Shown in pieces: positions 56,159 through 64,000 of a stretch of DNA of 64,000 nt (position 1 is its first letter; each line of letters starts with the position of its first letter). A model generated the notes under the pieces. The model was not told the origin of the DNA. It made no database searches and saw nothing but the letters and a program-made list of their open reading frames with translations. The DNA comes from Syntrophorhabdaceae bacterium (lineage in GTDB: Bacteria; Desulfobacterota; Syntrophorhabdia; Syntrophorhabdales; Syntrophorhabdaceae). A program made the translations under genes and the position numbers. Location: contig OY762209.1 in assembly GCA_963665295.1 (NCBI GenBank), positions 4,288,001 through 4,352,000 of the forward strand. Direction: 5' to 3'.

Positions 56159-57730
56159 TCACCTCCCATACTGTTCCCGCAACTCCCTTTTCAGTATCTT
56201 TCCTGCCGCGTTACGGGGCAGCGCCACGACGATATGCACCGTCTTCGGCACTTTGTATCCTGCCACCTTTCCCTTGCAATAGTTCGTCAACTCCGCCGGT
56301 TGAATGGCTTCACCCTCTCTAAGGACGCAAACGGCGGTCACTGCCTCGCCCCAGACGGGATGGGGCGTGCCTATGACACACGATTCCTTCACGGAAGGGT
56401 GAGTGTGGAGGACCTTTTCCACTTCTGCGGGATACACATTTTCCCCACCCGTAATAATCATATCTTTAAGCCGGTCGATAACCCGGATGTACCCTCTTTC
56501 GTCGATAGAGCACACGTCTTCGGTATGGAACCATTCGCCTTTGAATGCCTTGGCGGTCTCTTTTTCCTTTCTCCAGTAGCCCAGCCCCATGCCGGGGCCC
56601 CTGATGATCATTTCACCCGTGCCTCCGGGAGGGACAACATTGCCTTTTTCATCGACAACGAGTATTTCCATGTCGTAACTTGCCCTGCCGCAAGACTCGA
56701 GGATATTATAGTCACCTCTCAGGAAAGCTTCTTTGATGTCTCTCGCAGACAGATTGGTGGTGACTCCGGTCGATTCGGTCGTACCGTGATGTTCTCCCAG
56801 TATATTGCCGAAAAGATCAATAAACTGTTTGTAGACCGAGGGGATAATCCCCGCCCCCGCGAACCAGAGAGTTCTCCAACTGGAGACGTTGTATTTTGCC
56901 CGATCAGGGGAATCAAGAATCATCATTACCATGGGGGTTGCAAACATGCCCGCAGTCAACTCCTCCTGTTCAGTGGCAGACAGGAACAGAGGCACATCCC
57001 ACCTTGAAAATATGTAGGCCGGGCATGCGGTATAGAAACTGCCGAAAAAGGTATAGTGGGCGGTAATATGGTACATGGGGCAGACAATGAAGACACGGTC
57101 GTCCATAGTGAGGTTATTGTTCTTGGAGCAGACCCGGCCCGCATGATAGTAATTCGCATGGGTCTGCATAACCCCCTTCGGGAGCCCCGTGGTGCCGCTG
57201 GTGTACATGAGCATTGCAATATCGTCTTCGAAAATCTCGACCGTCTGTTCTTGAGGCGACGCACTCGCTATAAGCTCCTCATAGTCATACCATCCCTGGG
57301 GCCTCTTTTCAGGCGCGCCGAAGTAAATGAAGGTCTTTATCGACGGGAGGGATGACTTTATGCTTTCTACGATCTCCACAAACTGCTGCTGTACGAAGAG
57401 AATTGTGGGTTCCGCATCGGAGAGCACGGCGGCTATTTCCGGTGGAGCCAGCCTGAAATTACAGACCACGAAGATCAGACCCGCATTGGGAACGTTAATG
57501 GCCGACTCCATGTACTCAAAGCTGTTCTGACTGAGTATGGCAACCCGGTCTCCTTTCTTCGCCCCCAAGCCATGCAAAGCGTTTCCCATCCTGTTCGCCC
57601 TGTCTTTCATCGTCTGATACGTAAAAACCCTGTCTCCCTCCACCTCCTTCATCGCGGTTCGTTCAGGGTAAAGCATTGCGTTGCGGTTGAGTAACGTCCT
57701 GATAGTAGAGAATGTTTTTGCTTCCGTCAT
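56159..57730 (-). CDS. Acyl-CoA synthetase / long-chain fatty acid-CoA ligase (AMP-binding)
   Basis: MYTSGTTGLPKG; HGTTE; WFHTED; DRLKDMIITGGENVYP.EVE; YKVPK; GKILK. Confidence 0.94.
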   Translation of the reverse strand: MTEAKTFSTIRTLLNRNAMLYPERTAMKEVEGDRVFTYQTMKDRANRMGNALHGLGAKKGDRVAILSQNSFEYMESAINVPNAGLIFVVCNFRLAPPEIAAVLSDAEPTILFVQQQFVEIVESIKSSLPSIKTFIYFGAPEKRPQGWYDYEELIASASPQEQTVEIFEDDIAMLMYTSGTTGLPKGVMQTHANYYHAGRVCSKNNNLTMDDRVFIVCPMYHITAHYTFFGSFYTACPAYIFSRWDVPLFLSATEQEELTAGMFATPMVMMILDSPDRAKYNVSSWRTLWFAGAGIIPSVYKQFIDLFGNILGEHHGTTESTGVTTNLSARDIKEAFLRGDYNILESCGRASYDMEILVVDEKGNVVPPGGTGEMIIRGPGMGLGYWRKEKETAKAFKGEWFHTEDVCSIDERGYIRVIDRLKDMIITGGENVYPAEVEKVLHTHPSVKESCVIGTPHPVWGEAVTAVCVLREGEAIQPAELTNYCKGKVAGYKVPKTVHIVVALPRNAAGKILKRELREQYGR

Positions 57731-57777
57731 TCTTCTCCTCCTGCTTGGTCGGTATTTGCGCTATTTTGCTCTTTCCA

Positions 57778-57793
57778 AGCAATAACAGTGCCG
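57778..57793 (-). promoter_or_regulatory. Sigma-54 (-24/-12) promoter of the acyl-CoA ligase operon
   Basis: Minus strand CGGCACTGTTATTGCT, GG-N10-GC. Confidence 0.8.
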
Positions 57794-57857
57794 TTGTCAC
57801 ATTTCCCTTTTCCTTGTGACTTTTAGCAATTTAAACACTTTTTCTTGGGCGTGAGAC

Positions 57858-57921
57858 CTGTATATACTGTATACAAGCTGTATGGGAATTAGTCATGAAC
57901 CTGTATTAAAAGTATCCACAG
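57858..57921. promoter_or_regulatory. Candidate enhancer sites for the divergent sigma-54 activator
   Basis: Four CTGTAT copies (57858, 57867, 57878, 57901), including TGTATATACTGTATACA (TGT-N11-ACA). Confidence 0.45.
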
Positions 57922-58009
57922 AAAATTTCCGGGTGATTGAAGGTCTATCGTTTCCCGGCAAGAATTATCCTTTGAAATAGTATATAATGATTTCATCACC
58001 ATCCTTTGC

Positions 58010-60355
58010 GTGAGGCGGGTCAGGGTGAACACCGGAAAAAAGACAACAAACTGCCGGTCGGAAGAGACGAAGGAGGGCGGATTGCGTCATAGTGGCGGAT
58101 CAGCATATCGGCTCCTTTTTGAAAGCATCGACGACATCGTTTTCCTCATCAGGGGGGAAGCGTTCGTCGACTGCAACACCCGGGCCCTCAAGGTTTTCAA
58201 GTGCGCCATGGAGGACGTGGTGGGCCGGTCCCTCAAGGAGTTGTCACCTCTGCTGCAACCTGATGGAACTACTTCCGAAGAGGCACTTTCGGAAAAGATC
58301 GCCCTCGCCTCGTCCGGAGAACCTTGTGAATTCAAGTGGCGTTGCCTCAGATATGATCACACCGCTTTCGATGCCCGCGTGAGGCTTCACCCCATCACGT
58401 TGGGAGGTAGGAAGCTTCTTCAAGCGGTAATTCACGATATCACCGAAGGCGCCCACGCCGAAGAGGCGCTACGGGAATCGGAGAACAAGTTCAGAGATTT
58501 GTCCGAAAAATCGGTGGTCGGAGTATATCTCATACAGGATTGGGTTTTTAAATACGGAAACCCCAAGCTTGCGGAGATATTCGGTTACCCCCTGCCGGAC
58601 CTCGCAACCAGGATCGGACCGGTAGACGTGGTCTCTCCGGCGGATTGGCCCATGGTGCGGGAACATATACGACAACGGATATCGGGCGAAGCCAGCTCCA
58701 TCCATTCGGAGTTCAGGTTGGTTACCCGCGATGGGCAGATTAAGAATGTCGAAGTCTATGGCTCCCGGACCACCTATAAAGGAAGACCGGCGGTTATCGG
58801 GACACTACTCGACATGACGGAGCGAAAAAAGGCCGAAGAGCGTCTCAAGGAGGCGGAGCAAAAATACCGGAGCATATTTGAAAATGCCGTGGAGGGCATC
58901 TTTCAGACCACCCCTGACGGGCAGATGATCTCGGCGAATCCGGCCCATGCGAAGATGCTAGGGTTTGACTCGCCTGAAGAACTTATTGTCACTCTCACCG
59001 ATATCACCCATCAAACCTATGTTCAGGCGGAGCGTCGTCAGGAGTTCATGGGCATATTGGAAAGGGACGGCGTCGCCATGGGATTCGAGTGCGAGCTTTA
59101 CAAGAAAGATGGCAGCAGGATATGGTCATCCCTGAACGCCCGCCGCGTGTGTGATGAGGCGGGCAAGACACTCTTCTACGAAGGCACCATCGAGGACGTT
59201 ACAGAGAAGAAGAAGGTGGAGAACGACCTCCGTCTCTTGAACGAATTCAACACGGCCATTATAGACCATGCCCCGGTGGCGATCTTCACCCTCGACAAGA
59301 ATGGGGTATTTACCAGTATAAACCCCGCCCTCGCAAACCTTTCAGGTCTGGGGTCACGGGCAGGAGAAAAATTGATCGGCTTCAACTGGCTCAAGAACCC
59401 CTATACCATACAGTGTGGTCTCGCCACCCATATTGAAGCAGGCCTGAAAGGCAAACCCTTTCAACTCTGGGACTTCCCTTTCATGACGTACAAGGGCGAC
59501 CGGAATATCTTTATGGACTTCAAGGGCGTTCCCCTGAAGGGGAAAAATGGGGAAATCGAGGGACTCCTCTGTATCATAGAGGAGACGACCGACCGGGTGA
59601 GAATCCGCGCAAAACTGATGCAAGAGGCCAAGATGTCGGCCATAGGGCGGCTCGCCGGCGGCGTCGCCCACGAACTGAACAACCCACTCGGCACCCTTGT
59701 CGCGTACTCGGAGCGCGCATACGGTTGGCTTGACCTCTTCGAGGGGCGCGCGCCTAAACCCACGGAGATCGAGAAGCTCAGAGGCTATCTCACCATAATC
59801 CAGGAGGAGGCGTTTCGCTGCAAAGGCGTCACCACCGACATCCTCAGTCTTTTTCAGAAGGAGGGCCTGGAGATCGTTGAACTCAATCTCAACGAGTTGA
59901 TCGGCAACCTTCTGGAGCATATGAATATCGACAAGTCCCATATGAGGATCGTGAAGGAAGAGTCTTCCTCTTTACCCTGGGTCTTAGGAGACGTGAGCGC
60001 CCTCCGGCAGGTCTTCGTAAATCTTATAGGCAACGCTGTTGACGCCGCCGAAGGGAGGGCGAACGCCACTATCTGGATCAGGGCCGCTGCCTTCGATGAT
60101 CACGTGGTGGTCGAGATAGAGGATAACGGGACGGGTATCCCTGATTCCATTGTGGACAAGATTTTCGAACCCTTTTTCACGACGAAAGAATCAAAGAGCG
60201 GGATTGGATTGGGGTTGACTTTATGTTACGATCTCGTAAACGATATGGGAGGAACCATCAAGGTAGTGAGCAAGCCCGGGCACGGAACCGTTTTTTCGGT
60301 CGCTCTTCCCACTCGGAGAGGACTAAAACTGAACGGGAGGTCCGGCAATAGATGA
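58010..60355 (+). CDS. Cytoplasmic multi-PAS histidine kinase (start 58010 or 58025)
   Basis: About four PAS; GGVAHELNNPL; NLIGNAVDA; DNGTGI; FEPFFTTK; GIGLGL. Confidence 0.92.
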   Translation: MRRVRVNTGKKTTNCRSEETKEGGLRHSGGSAYRLLFESIDDIVFLIRGEAFVDCNTRALKVFKCAMEDVVGRSLKELSPLLQPDGTTSEEALSEKIALASSGEPCEFKWRCLRYDHTAFDARVRLHPITLGGRKLLQAVIHDITEGAHAEEALRESENKFRDLSEKSVVGVYLIQDWVFKYGNPKLAEIFGYPLPDLATRIGPVDVVSPADWPMVREHIRQRISGEASSIHSEFRLVTRDGQIKNVEVYGSRTTYKGRPAVIGTLLDMTERKKAEERLKEAEQKYRSIFENAVEGIFQTTPDGQMISANPAHAKMLGFDSPEELIVTLTDITHQTYVQAERRQEFMGILERDGVAMGFECELYKKDGSRIWSSLNARRVCDEAGKTLFYEGTIEDVTEKKKVENDLRLLNEFNTAIIDHAPVAIFTLDKNGVFTSINPALANLSGLGSRAGEKLIGFNWLKNPYTIQCGLATHIEAGLKGKPFQLWDFPFMTYKGDRNIFMDFKGVPLKGKNGEIEGLLCIIEETTDRVRIRAKLMQEAKMSAIGRLAGGVAHELNNPLGTLVAYSERAYGWLDLFEGRAPKPTEIEKLRGYLTIIQEEAFRCKGVTTDILSLFQKEGLEIVELNLNELIGNLLEHMNIDKSHMRIVKEESSSLPWVLGDVSALRQVFVNLIGNAVDAAEGRANATIWIRAAAFDDHVVVEIEDNGTGIPDSIVDKIFEPFFTTKESKSGIGLGLTLCYDLVNDMGGTIKVVSKPGHGTVFSVALPTRRGLKLNGRSGNR

Positions 60356-61725
60356 TCCGTGTTCTGATCGTAGACGATGAAGCTAGACTGGTAGAGGCAT
60401 TTCGCGAACAGTTAACGGAAGAGAAAATGCGGGTCCACACCGCATTCCGCGCAGCTGAGGCCCTCTCCCTCGTGAAGAAGGAGACCATCGACGTGGCGGT
60501 TCTCGATATAAACCTTCCCGACATGGACGGTGTCGAACTGCTCACAAAGATCAAACAGAGCGAACCTACCATAGAAGTGATAATGCTCACCGGTTTCGCG
60601 TCAATCACCACGGCGATCCGCTCTATGAAACTGGGAGCGTATGATTATCTCACCAAACCGTGCAAGATGTCCGAACTTTCGAAGGTAATTCTGAAAGCTT
60701 ACGAAAAGAAGATGCTCACTGTGAAAACCATCGTCCTGGAGGAGCAACTCCACAGGGTCGGTGCCCATGACGATTTCATCGGTGTAAGCGATGCCATGAC
60801 AAGAGTAAAGAACACAATATCATTGGTGGCCCCATCCAAGGCCCCTGTCCTCGTCCTGGGAGAAACAGGCACGGGAAAGGAACTCGCCGCCATGGCCATA
60901 CACGACTTGAGCCCCCGGTCAGCGCAACCTTTTGTGACGATCAACTCCAGCACGTTGCAGGAAACTATGCTCGAAAGCGAACTCTTCGGATATAAGAAGG
61001 GCGCCTTTACAGGCGCGGACAGTGACAAGATCGGCCTTCTCGAGATAGCGAATCGCGGCACTTTCTTCGTCGACGAAGTGGGCGACATGGGCCTCAGTAT
61101 ACAGGCCAAGCTTCTCAGGGCCCTTGAGACCGGAGCCTTCAGAAAGCTCGGCGATATCAAGGAAATAAAGGTCGACGTCCGGTTCATATTTGCCACAAAC
61201 AAGGACCTCAAGGTGGAGGTTCAGGAGGGACGGTTCCGGAAGGACCTGTTCTTTCGCATAAATACTTTTGTCATTATCCTCCCTCCTCTACGGGACAAAA
61301 CGGAAGATATCCCTTTGTTGGTCAACTATTTCCTCGCCAAGTTTTCCAAGGGAACGTGGAAGAAGCGTTTCTCCCCGGAAGCAATGAATCTGCTCACCAC
61401 CTATGACTGGCCTGGAAACGTAAGGGAACTCGCCAATGTAATCGAGAGGTCCGTCCTGATGAGCAGCCACCGTGAAGAAATACTTGCGGATGATCTTACG
61501 GAAGGGATACTGAACACCGTTTCATACGAAAAGGATATGGTGGACCCCCGGCCGGCGGCGACGATCATGCCCCTTGCCCGTATGGAGGCAGAATATATTC
61601 AGCGCGTCCTCTCTTCCGTGCGGGGGAACAAAAGTAAGGCCGCCCGTCTCCTGGGAATCAGCCGTAAAGCCCTCTACGATAAGATCGGGGCAGGTATGGA
61701 CGAGACGGACAACGCCTCTGCCTGA
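60352..61725 (+). CDS. Sigma-54-dependent response regulator (NtrC/AtoC family)
   Basis: REC; GETGTGKE; GAFTGA; WPGNVREL; GNKSKAARLLGISRKALY. Confidence 0.94.
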   Translation: MIRVLIVDDEARLVEAFREQLTEEKMRVHTAFRAAEALSLVKKETIDVAVLDINLPDMDGVELLTKIKQSEPTIEVIMLTGFASITTAIRSMKLGAYDYLTKPCKMSELSKVILKAYEKKMLTVKTIVLEEQLHRVGAHDDFIGVSDAMTRVKNTISLVAPSKAPVLVLGETGTGKELAAMAIHDLSPRSAQPFVTINSSTLQETMLESELFGYKKGAFTGADSDKIGLLEIANRGTFFVDEVGDMGLSIQAKLLRALETGAFRKLGDIKEIKVDVRFIFATNKDLKVEVQEGRFRKDLFFRINTFVIILPPLRDKTEDIPLLVNYFLAKFSKGTWKKRFSPEAMNLLTTYDWPGNVRELANVIERSVLMSSHREEILADDLTEGILNTVSYEKDMVDPRPAATIMPLARMEAEYIQRVLSSVRGNKSKAARLLGISRKALYDKIGAGMDETDNASA

Positions 61726-61749
61726 CCTGCGTGACACGGGCGCTTCGTT

Positions 61750-62109
61750 CTAATTCCCGCCCTTGCTCCGCTCTTCCGCTTCCCTCATCCTCAGTTCAAG
61801 AAGGGCGTAACGCTGAATCAACTCTTTGTTAACTTCCTTCACTTTAGATATGGCCATTGAATAATGCATCAGGAGAAATATAAGAAACACGAAGACAATC
61901 CCGAAGACGGCTGTAAGGTAGTAGAACCCGGTAATCCTGCTGATCAATCCTACCAATCCAGGCCAAAGACTGAGGATAGCGATAGCCGAAGATGTGAGAA
62001 GCCACAAAATCGCATATTCCTCTCTCAGCCGCTCCTTCCTGATAAGCTCGAAGGTGGCCGCGAAGAATGCGAGACTTATGATGCCGATAAAGACCTGTAT
62101 CAACAACAT
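61750..62109 (-). CDS. DUF2304-like small membrane protein
   Basis: Three TM with LREEYAILW and a C-terminal coiled coil; typical partner of GT2 genes. Confidence 0.75.
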   Translation of the reverse strand: MLLIQVFIGIISLAFFAATFELIRKERLREEYAILWLLTSSAIAILSLWPGLVGLISRITGFYYLTAVFGIVFVFLIFLLMHYSMAISKVKEVNKELIQRYALLELRMREAEERSKGGN

Positions 62110-62117
62110 ATTCCCCC

Positions 62118-62816
62118 CTAAGATTTCTTGAAAAGATCAATAAACATGGCAAGCAATACCTTCCCCATATAGTATGCGGCGCGAAGGGGAGTGATTGATG
62201 ATATACCGAACATGCGGTTCTTCATCTTTGTTGCCATCTCCATGACTTTAAAGTGACTCTTGTAGGCAAAAACCAGAGATTCCGGCTCGGGGTAATCCTG
62301 AGGGTACCGGTAGGCAAAGAGCTCAAGGACCTTCCTGTTTATCGCCCTGAATCCGCTTGTCGGATCCTTCACGACAAGGCCCGTCGTCATTTTCAGAAAG
62401 AGAGATATTATCCTTATCCCCACATCCCTCATCACTGATATCTGGTAGCGCGTGTCCTCCACAAACCGGGAGCCGATCACAATATCAACCCCGTCTTCGA
62501 ACAAGGGCCTCACTAACCCCGCAATCTCCTCAGTGGGGTGCTGTCCGTCTCCATCCACCTGCACGCAAGCGTCGTAGCCGTTTGCGAGGGCGTACTTATA
62601 ACCCGTCTGTACCGCCCCTCCGATGCCGAGGTTACAGGGCAATTCGATTACTATGGCTCCACTTTTTTTGGCTTCTTCGGATGTTCTGTCGGATGAACTG
62701 TCGTTGACTACTACCACGTCATAACCGGCACCCAGGGCTTTCACCCCTCTCACCACATCCCCTATGGTGTGTTCCTCGTTGTATGCCGGGATTATGACTG
62801 CTGTCCGCCTATTCAT
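62118..62816 (-). CDS. Glycosyltransferase family 2 (DPM1-like)
   Basis: IIPAYNEE; VVNDSSSD; NLGIGGAVQTG; VDGDGQH; IGSRF; DPTSGFRA. Confidence 0.93.
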   Translation of the reverse strand: MNRRTAVIIPAYNEEHTIGDVVRGVKALGAGYDVVVVNDSSSDRTSEEAKKSGAIVIELPCNLGIGGAVQTGYKYALANGYDACVQVDGDGQHPTEEIAGLVRPLFEDGVDIVIGSRFVEDTRYQISVMRDVGIRIISLFLKMTTGLVVKDPTSGFRAINRKVLELFAYRYPQDYPEPESLVFAYKSHFKVMEMATKMKNRMFGISSITPLRAAYYMGKVLLAMFIDLFKKS

Positions 62817-62828
62817 TGGGCTGCTGTG

Positions 62829-62899
62829 CTGGGGGACCAGGATTCGAACCTAGATAGCCAGATCCAGAGCCTGGCGTCCTGCCGTTAGACGATCCCCCA
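62829..62899 (-). tRNA. tRNA-Gln (CTG), CCA not encoded
   Basis: TGGGGGA/TCCCCCA acceptor; CCAGG-CTCTGGA-TCTGG anticodon arm; GGTTCGAATCC T-arm; discriminator G followed by CAC. Confidence 0.95.
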
Positions 62900-62915
62900 A
62901 AATCCATATGTGATG

Positions 62916-63290
62916 TCAGCTATCCTTCTTTTCTTTCTTCTGGGTAAGCTCAACTATCGCCATCGGGGCATTGTCGCCTTTCCTGTTCCCAATCTTGAGG
63001 ACTCTCGTATATCCGCCATTTATCGCGGCGTATCGATCCCCTATGTCACTGAAAAGCTTCTTTACCATGTCCTTGTCTCTAAGAAATCCGAAAACAAGTC
63101 TCATGGCGTGCTCGTCTTTTCTCTTTGCAAAGGTGATCAGCCGGTCGGCTACCCTTCTCAACTCCATTGCCTTCATGGTCGTCGTTTTTATACTCTCATG
63201 ATTAAAGAGGGAATTTGCAAGATTCATGAGAAGTGCCCTTCTGTGGCTCTTTCTTCTGTTTAATGTTTTTATTGTCCTTAAATGCCTCAT
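62916..63290 (-). CDS. rplQ: 50S ribosomal protein L17
   Basis: MRH...LNR..SHRRAL; IKTT; GGYTRVLK..RKGDNAPMA. Confidence 0.97.
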   Translation of the reverse strand: MRHLRTIKTLNRRKSHRRALLMNLANSLFNHESIKTTTMKAMELRRVADRLITFAKRKDEHAMRLVFGFLRDKDMVKKLFSDIGDRYAAINGGYTRVLKIGNRKGDNAPMAIVELTQKKEKKDS

Positions 63291-63299
63291 GATAAACCT

Positions 63300-64000
63300 C
63301 TATATGTGATCTTTTCGTTTTAACGCTATCTTGTCCAATTCCTCTCTTGAAGGAAAATTATCCACCTTTATCCCAAGCCTGAGACCCATGCATGACAGAA
63401 TCTCTTTTATCTCATTCAACGACTTCCTACCAAAATTCTTCGTCATAAGGATCTCCTGTTCCGTCTTCTGAACAAGCTCCCCAATGTACTTTATGTCCGC
63501 GTTCTTCAAGCAATTCGCACTTCTCACGGACAACTCCAGTTCGTCCACGCTTCTGTAAAGGTTTTCGTTGAACGACTGTTTGTCAAGAACCTTATCTTCT
63601 CCGGCCTCCATATCCTCAAGGTCTTCAAAGCTAATGAACACACGCATCTGCTCCTTGATTATTTTCGCCGCAAATGAAAGGGCATCCAGGGGATTCACGC
63701 TTCCGTTGGTCCATATCTCCATGGTCAGCTTGTCATAATCCGTTCTGAACCCCACCCTCGCCGGTGTCACGTTGTAACTTACCTTCTTAATGGGGGAGAA
63801 TATGGCATCCACTGGAATAGTTCCGATAGGATCGCCCTCATCCCTGTTCTGATCGGCAGCAACATATCCCCTGCCCATCTTCACCTTCATTTCCATGTAT
63901 AATCTCGCATCATCGCTAAGGTTCGCGATGTGATGGTCGGGATTGACAATCTCCACCCCGCCTTCATACGTGATATCACTTGCCTTTACCTCGCCGCCAA
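63300..64000 (-). CDS. rpoA: RNA polymerase alpha subunit (3' part, truncated by window edge)
   Basis: GRGYV; IPVDAIFSP; RTDYDKL; ELELSVRSANCLKNA; KNFGRKSL.EIK. Confidence 0.98.
   Translation of the reverse strand, partial: GGEVKASDITYEGGVEIVNPDHHIANLSDDARLYMEMKVKMGRGYVAADQNRDEGDPIGTIPVDAIFSPIKKVSYNVTPARVGFRTDYDKLTMEIWTNGSVNPLDALSFAAKIIKEQMRVFISFEDLEDMEAGEDKVLDKQSFNENLYRSVDELELSVRSANCLKNADIKYIGELVQKTEQEILMTKNFGRKSLNEIKEILSCMGLRLGIKVDNFPSREELDKIALKRKDHI

Noticed and set aside
57858..57921. LexA/SOS box (CTGTATATA...)
   Set aside because: Spacings are CTGT-N11-ACAA and CTGT-N13-ACAG, not CTGT-N8-ACAG; context fits a sigma-54 enhancer better.

Overview
Bacterial chromosomal window. Gene content suggests an anaerobic Desulfobacterota/Syntrophorhabdus-like organism (many PAS kinases, sigma-54 activators, a multiheme cytochrome, a Tat flavocytochrome); this is inference, not verified. 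The dominant accessory element is a ~19 kb gas vesicle (gvp) locus between thiE and thyX. It opens with a PAS histidine kinase and a sigma-54 activator, then a nested 36-bp palindrome and a -24/-12 promoter, a CheY-like receiver, gvpA, three GvpC-like paralogues (one with six 33-aa repeats fused to a winged-helix domain), gvpN and a gvpV-like gene. An embedded chaperone/ATPase cassette follows (Hsp20/GvpH-like, single-domain ArsA/Get3-like ATPase, Cdc48/p97-like ATPase, GvpF/L fused to a DnaJ J-domain), then gvpF/L, gvpF/L, gvpG, gvpO/R, gvpL/F, a GvpJ/S-GvpK fusion, gvpJ, an unknown TraB/Tiki-like protein and an orphan kinase. The rest holds thyX, a papain-family protease with an internal chagasin-like domain, an RpoH-like sigma factor, tatA, a flavocytochrome c plus hexaheme cytochrome, a GntR-Liv ABC-cysteine hydrolase-glycerate kinase operon, housekeeping genes (thiL, yhaM-like, rsmE, dprA, topA, trmFO, bioB, pilC, degP), tRNA-Gly(CCC), a sigma-54 acyl-CoA ligase/SatP-like/acyl-CoA dehydrogenase locus with a divergent two-component system, tRNA-Gln(CTG), rplQ and the 3' part of rpoA. 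I saw no integrase, transposase or CRISPR array. All calls come from motif recognition by eye; no searches were run.
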